Virus record (IMG/VR): IMGVR_UViG_3300020045_005441 | Location: 1-46,341 of that record | From: a virus | Lineage: Duplodnaviria > Caudoviricetes | Strand: one strand, 5' to 3' | Length of the DNA: 46,341 nt | Program-made: the position numbers and the translations under genes | The notes under the pieces: model-generated | What the model saw: the letters and a program-made list of their open reading frames with translations, nothing else | Told to the model about the DNA's origin: nothing | The model's database searches: none | Part shown: positions 45,726 through 46,341 of the stretch, piece by piece | Layout of the letters: each line of letters opens with the position of its first letter | Numbering within the stretch: position 1 is the first letter of the stretch

Positions 45726-46315
45726 GTTTTACCGACGCATACACAAACACCGTCCTAGACCTTGCGCTAGTGACTGGCGACAAGCTTTCGCTACATACCG
45801 CCTATTCGACCACAGGCGCTAACGAAATAACCGGAGGCACTTATGCCCGTGGAACAGCGATATTTTCCGCCGCTGCATCCAGGCAGAAGGCAATATCCTC
45901 CCCTGTTGCCATAACTGGCCTTCCAGCCGCTGCGGTGGTTGCTTGGGTTGGGGTTTGGAATTCCGCAGGTTCTGTGTTCAAGGGCATGGCGGCAAATGGC
46001 GGTAGTGAGTTTCCGTTCCAGGTTGGATTGACACCAAACACATTGCTTGCCGAAGCGCATGTGCTTGTAAACGGAGACAATGTTACATTTACCGGAACGC
46101 CACCAACAGGGCTTACCGAAGGGGCCGTCTATTTTGTGGTTGGAAACACGGCTGGAGACCCTGACACGTTCCAAGTGTCGGCAACCAGCGGCGGTGCTGC
46201 AATAGACATAACAGGGCAACCAGGGGCGAATTGTATGGCATCAAAAATAATTGTCGAAACATACGTTGGTGCTGGTGGTACGCATACCATAAACACGCAC
46301 GTCACAAAAATGTAA
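45722..46315 (+). CDS. Putative virion fibre/appendage protein
   Basis: LSLHTA...GANEITGGTYAR motif plus a small beta module (LVNGDNVTF...GLTEGAVYFV...DTFQVSAT). Confidence 0.65.
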   Translation: MSFTDAYTNTVLDLALVTGDKLSLHTAYSTTGANEITGGTYARGTAIFSAAASRQKAISSPVAITGLPAAAVVAWVGVWNSAGSVFKGMAANGGSEFPFQVGLTPNTLLAEAHVLVNGDNVTFTGTPPTGLTEGAVYFVVGNTAGDPDTFQVSATSGGAAIDITGQPGANCMASKIIVETYVGAGGTHTINTHVTKM

Positions 46316-46341
46316 GGGGACAAGAAATGATTTATTCAATA
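46221..46341. repeat. Terminal direct repeat, second copy
   Basis: Identical to 1-121. Confidence 0.97.

Overview
The window is an apparently complete, circularly permuted tailed-phage genome of about 46,220 bp. Bases 1-121 are repeated exactly at 46221-46341, which is most likely an assembly overlap. It is a myovirus-type phage: terminase, DUF1073-type portal, SPP1-gp7-like head protein, DUF2213/DUF2184-type head module, DUF3383-type sheath, Gp138-like spike and baseplate J. After these come a lysis cassette, several secreted accessory proteins, a leftward recombination/early arm (VRR-NUC, SF2 helicase, SSB, Sak4-like ATPase) and a rightward arm (Cro-like, helicase-like replication protein, DNA methyltransferase, frameshifted Rha, AT-rich putative origin). 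I found no integrase, CI repressor or DNA polymerase. The top finding is a 324-aa intein (3547-4518) in the head morphogenesis gene. Its sense frame has no endonuclease, but its opposite strand encodes a 301-aa protein with two HTH domains and a DUF559/Vsr-like nuclease domain, in exact codon register. That gene has its own near-consensus sigma70 promoter written into the intein's C-terminal splicing codons. Other notable items are two pairs of an Sm-like gene plus a dipeptide-repeat microprotein, a triplicated winged-helix-like domain around the putative origin, an attC-like element, duplicated Zn-ribbon microgenes around the lysis module, and extra fibre/esterase genes inserted in the head and neck region. 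All family names come from motif recognition and gene order, not from database searches.
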